From: Octopus vulgaris
Lineage: Eukaryota
Length of the DNA: 64,000 bases
Reading direction: 5' to 3'
Assembly (NCBI GenBank): GCA_951406725.2
Contig: OX597822.1
Location: 52,700,001 to 52,764,000 of the forward strand
Part shown: piece after piece, positions 62,700-64,000 of the stretch
Position numbering within the stretch: the stretch's first letter is position 1
Layout: every line of letters begins with the position of its first letter
Translations under genes and position numbers: made by a program
The notes under the pieces: generated by a model
Database searches by the model: none
What the model saw: the letters and a program-made list of their open reading frames with translations, nothing else
What the model was told of the DNA's origin: nothing

Positions 62700-63420
62700 A
62701 TGAATGGATGGATGGATGGATGGATGTACTTCTCTGATGTACTTTTATCTGTCTTGTATTTAGATGAAGTTTTATGATTAATGTAATACAACATTCAAGT
62801 TCATTTGGGTAAACACAGTTTTTAGTCTAACCTCAATTAATTTAATCTAATTATGGATTTGTTATGCTGTTCTATTCTATTCTGTTCTATTCTATTCTAT
62901 TCTATTCCATTCTTTTATAGTCCATCTATTCTATCTATCTAATGCAGAATTGCACCTCTCCTTGAAAAATGCATTTTTTGGAAATTTTTTTTTTGTTTGT
63001 TTTACATATTCATAATTTTCGACATTTAAAACTTAGGAATCCCCAAAAAAAAAATTTCCAAAAAATGCATTTTTCAAGGAGAGGTGCAATTCTGCATTAG
63101 ATAGATAGAATAGATGGACTATAAAAGAATGGAATAGAATAGAATAGAATAGAATAGAATAGAATAGAACAGAATAGAATAGAACAGCATAACAAATCCA
63201 TAATTAGATTAAATTAATTGAGGTTAGACTAAAAACTGTGCTTACCCAAATGAACTGGAATGTTGTATTACATTAATCATAAAACTTCATCTAAATACAA
63301 GACAGATAAAAGTACATCAGAGAAGTACATCCATCCATCCATCCATCCATCCATCCATCCATCCATTCATCCATCCATCCATCCATCCATCCACACACAC
63401 ACACACATACACACACACAT

Positions 63421-63477
<57 letters not shown>

Positions 63478-63558
63478 TACATACATACATACATACATAC
63501 ATACATACATACATACATACATACATACATACATACATACATACATACATACATACAT
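62599..63558. repeat. Long palindrome (foldback) with ~48-bp spacer
   Basis: 62599-62995 is the reverse complement of 63044-63558 apart from microsatellite lengths and a few substitutions. Confidence 0.95.
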
Positions 63559-63614
63559 GTATATACGTGAGTATGTTTATGCATGTTTTCACATACACTT
63601 ACATATAGCATCTC

Positions 63615-64000
63615 TTAGAACCTGATGTCGAATTTCAAATTGGAGACATCAGGGAGAAAGAGGTGAATGATTCTGTGAGAAAAGCTAGAGCAAAGAGTGC
63701 TCCAGGAAGCGATGGCGTCTCGCATAAAGTATACAAGCGTTGCAATCGTCTATGAAAGAAGCTCTTTGTCTTGTTCCGACAGCTGTGGTGCAAAGAGACT
63801 CTAGCAGTGGATTGGCATAAGACAGAAGGCATATATGTGCCCAAGGAAACCAATGCAGAGACTATAAACAGTTCAGGCTGGCTGATATCCGTGTTGACTG
63901 TGGATGGCAAGATCTTTATGGGAATTCTCGGAAGAAGAACAGTAACATATTTGCAGAGTAATGGATATGTTGGGTGAATGTTTTCGAAAGGCAAGTGCTA
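63615..64000 (+). mobile_element. Hero/R2-superfamily RT fragment
   Basis: VRKARAKSAPGSDGVSHKVYKRC...WHKTEGIYVPKE...ISVLTVDGKIFMGILGRR..YLQSNGYV. Confidence 0.8.

Noticed and set aside
581-63625. Numerous ORFs rich in MYVC, HTYI, IYIY or CVCV
   Set aside because: Translations of (TATG)n, (TA)n and (TG)n microsatellites

Overview
AT-rich, microsatellite-dense animal DNA. The SINE and LINE repertoire suggests a coleoid cephalopod, probably Octopus (inference). Only one host coding segment is recognisable: the terminal exon of propionyl-CoA carboxylase alpha (PCCA, 8850-8918, +). Two weak minus-strand exon candidates are also noted. The rest is layered mobile-element debris: three SINE families; RTE, RTEX, Tx1/L1, R4, Hero and CRE LINE fragments; Penelope remnants carrying minimal hammerhead ribozymes; Gypsy pieces; and Tc1, mariner, pogo, piggyBac, Merlin-like, hAT and Helitron elements. 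Almost all ORF-track entries are microsatellite or repeat artefacts. The most unusual signal is a Gypsy-type LTR family present in two diverged copies (19187-20198 +, 51130-52388 -). Its U5 end is an array of repeated 'LTR terminus (CCGTTACA) + tRNA-Trp primer-binding site' units with variable spacers. One unit is a 40-nt copy of mature tRNA-Trp that stops at position 38. Other notable items are a TIR element flanked by a 67-bp duplication, several hammerhead-bearing hairpin mini-elements, a ~960-bp palindrome and a GGTA target preference of one SINE family. All alignments were done by eye, and boundaries of decayed elements are approximate.
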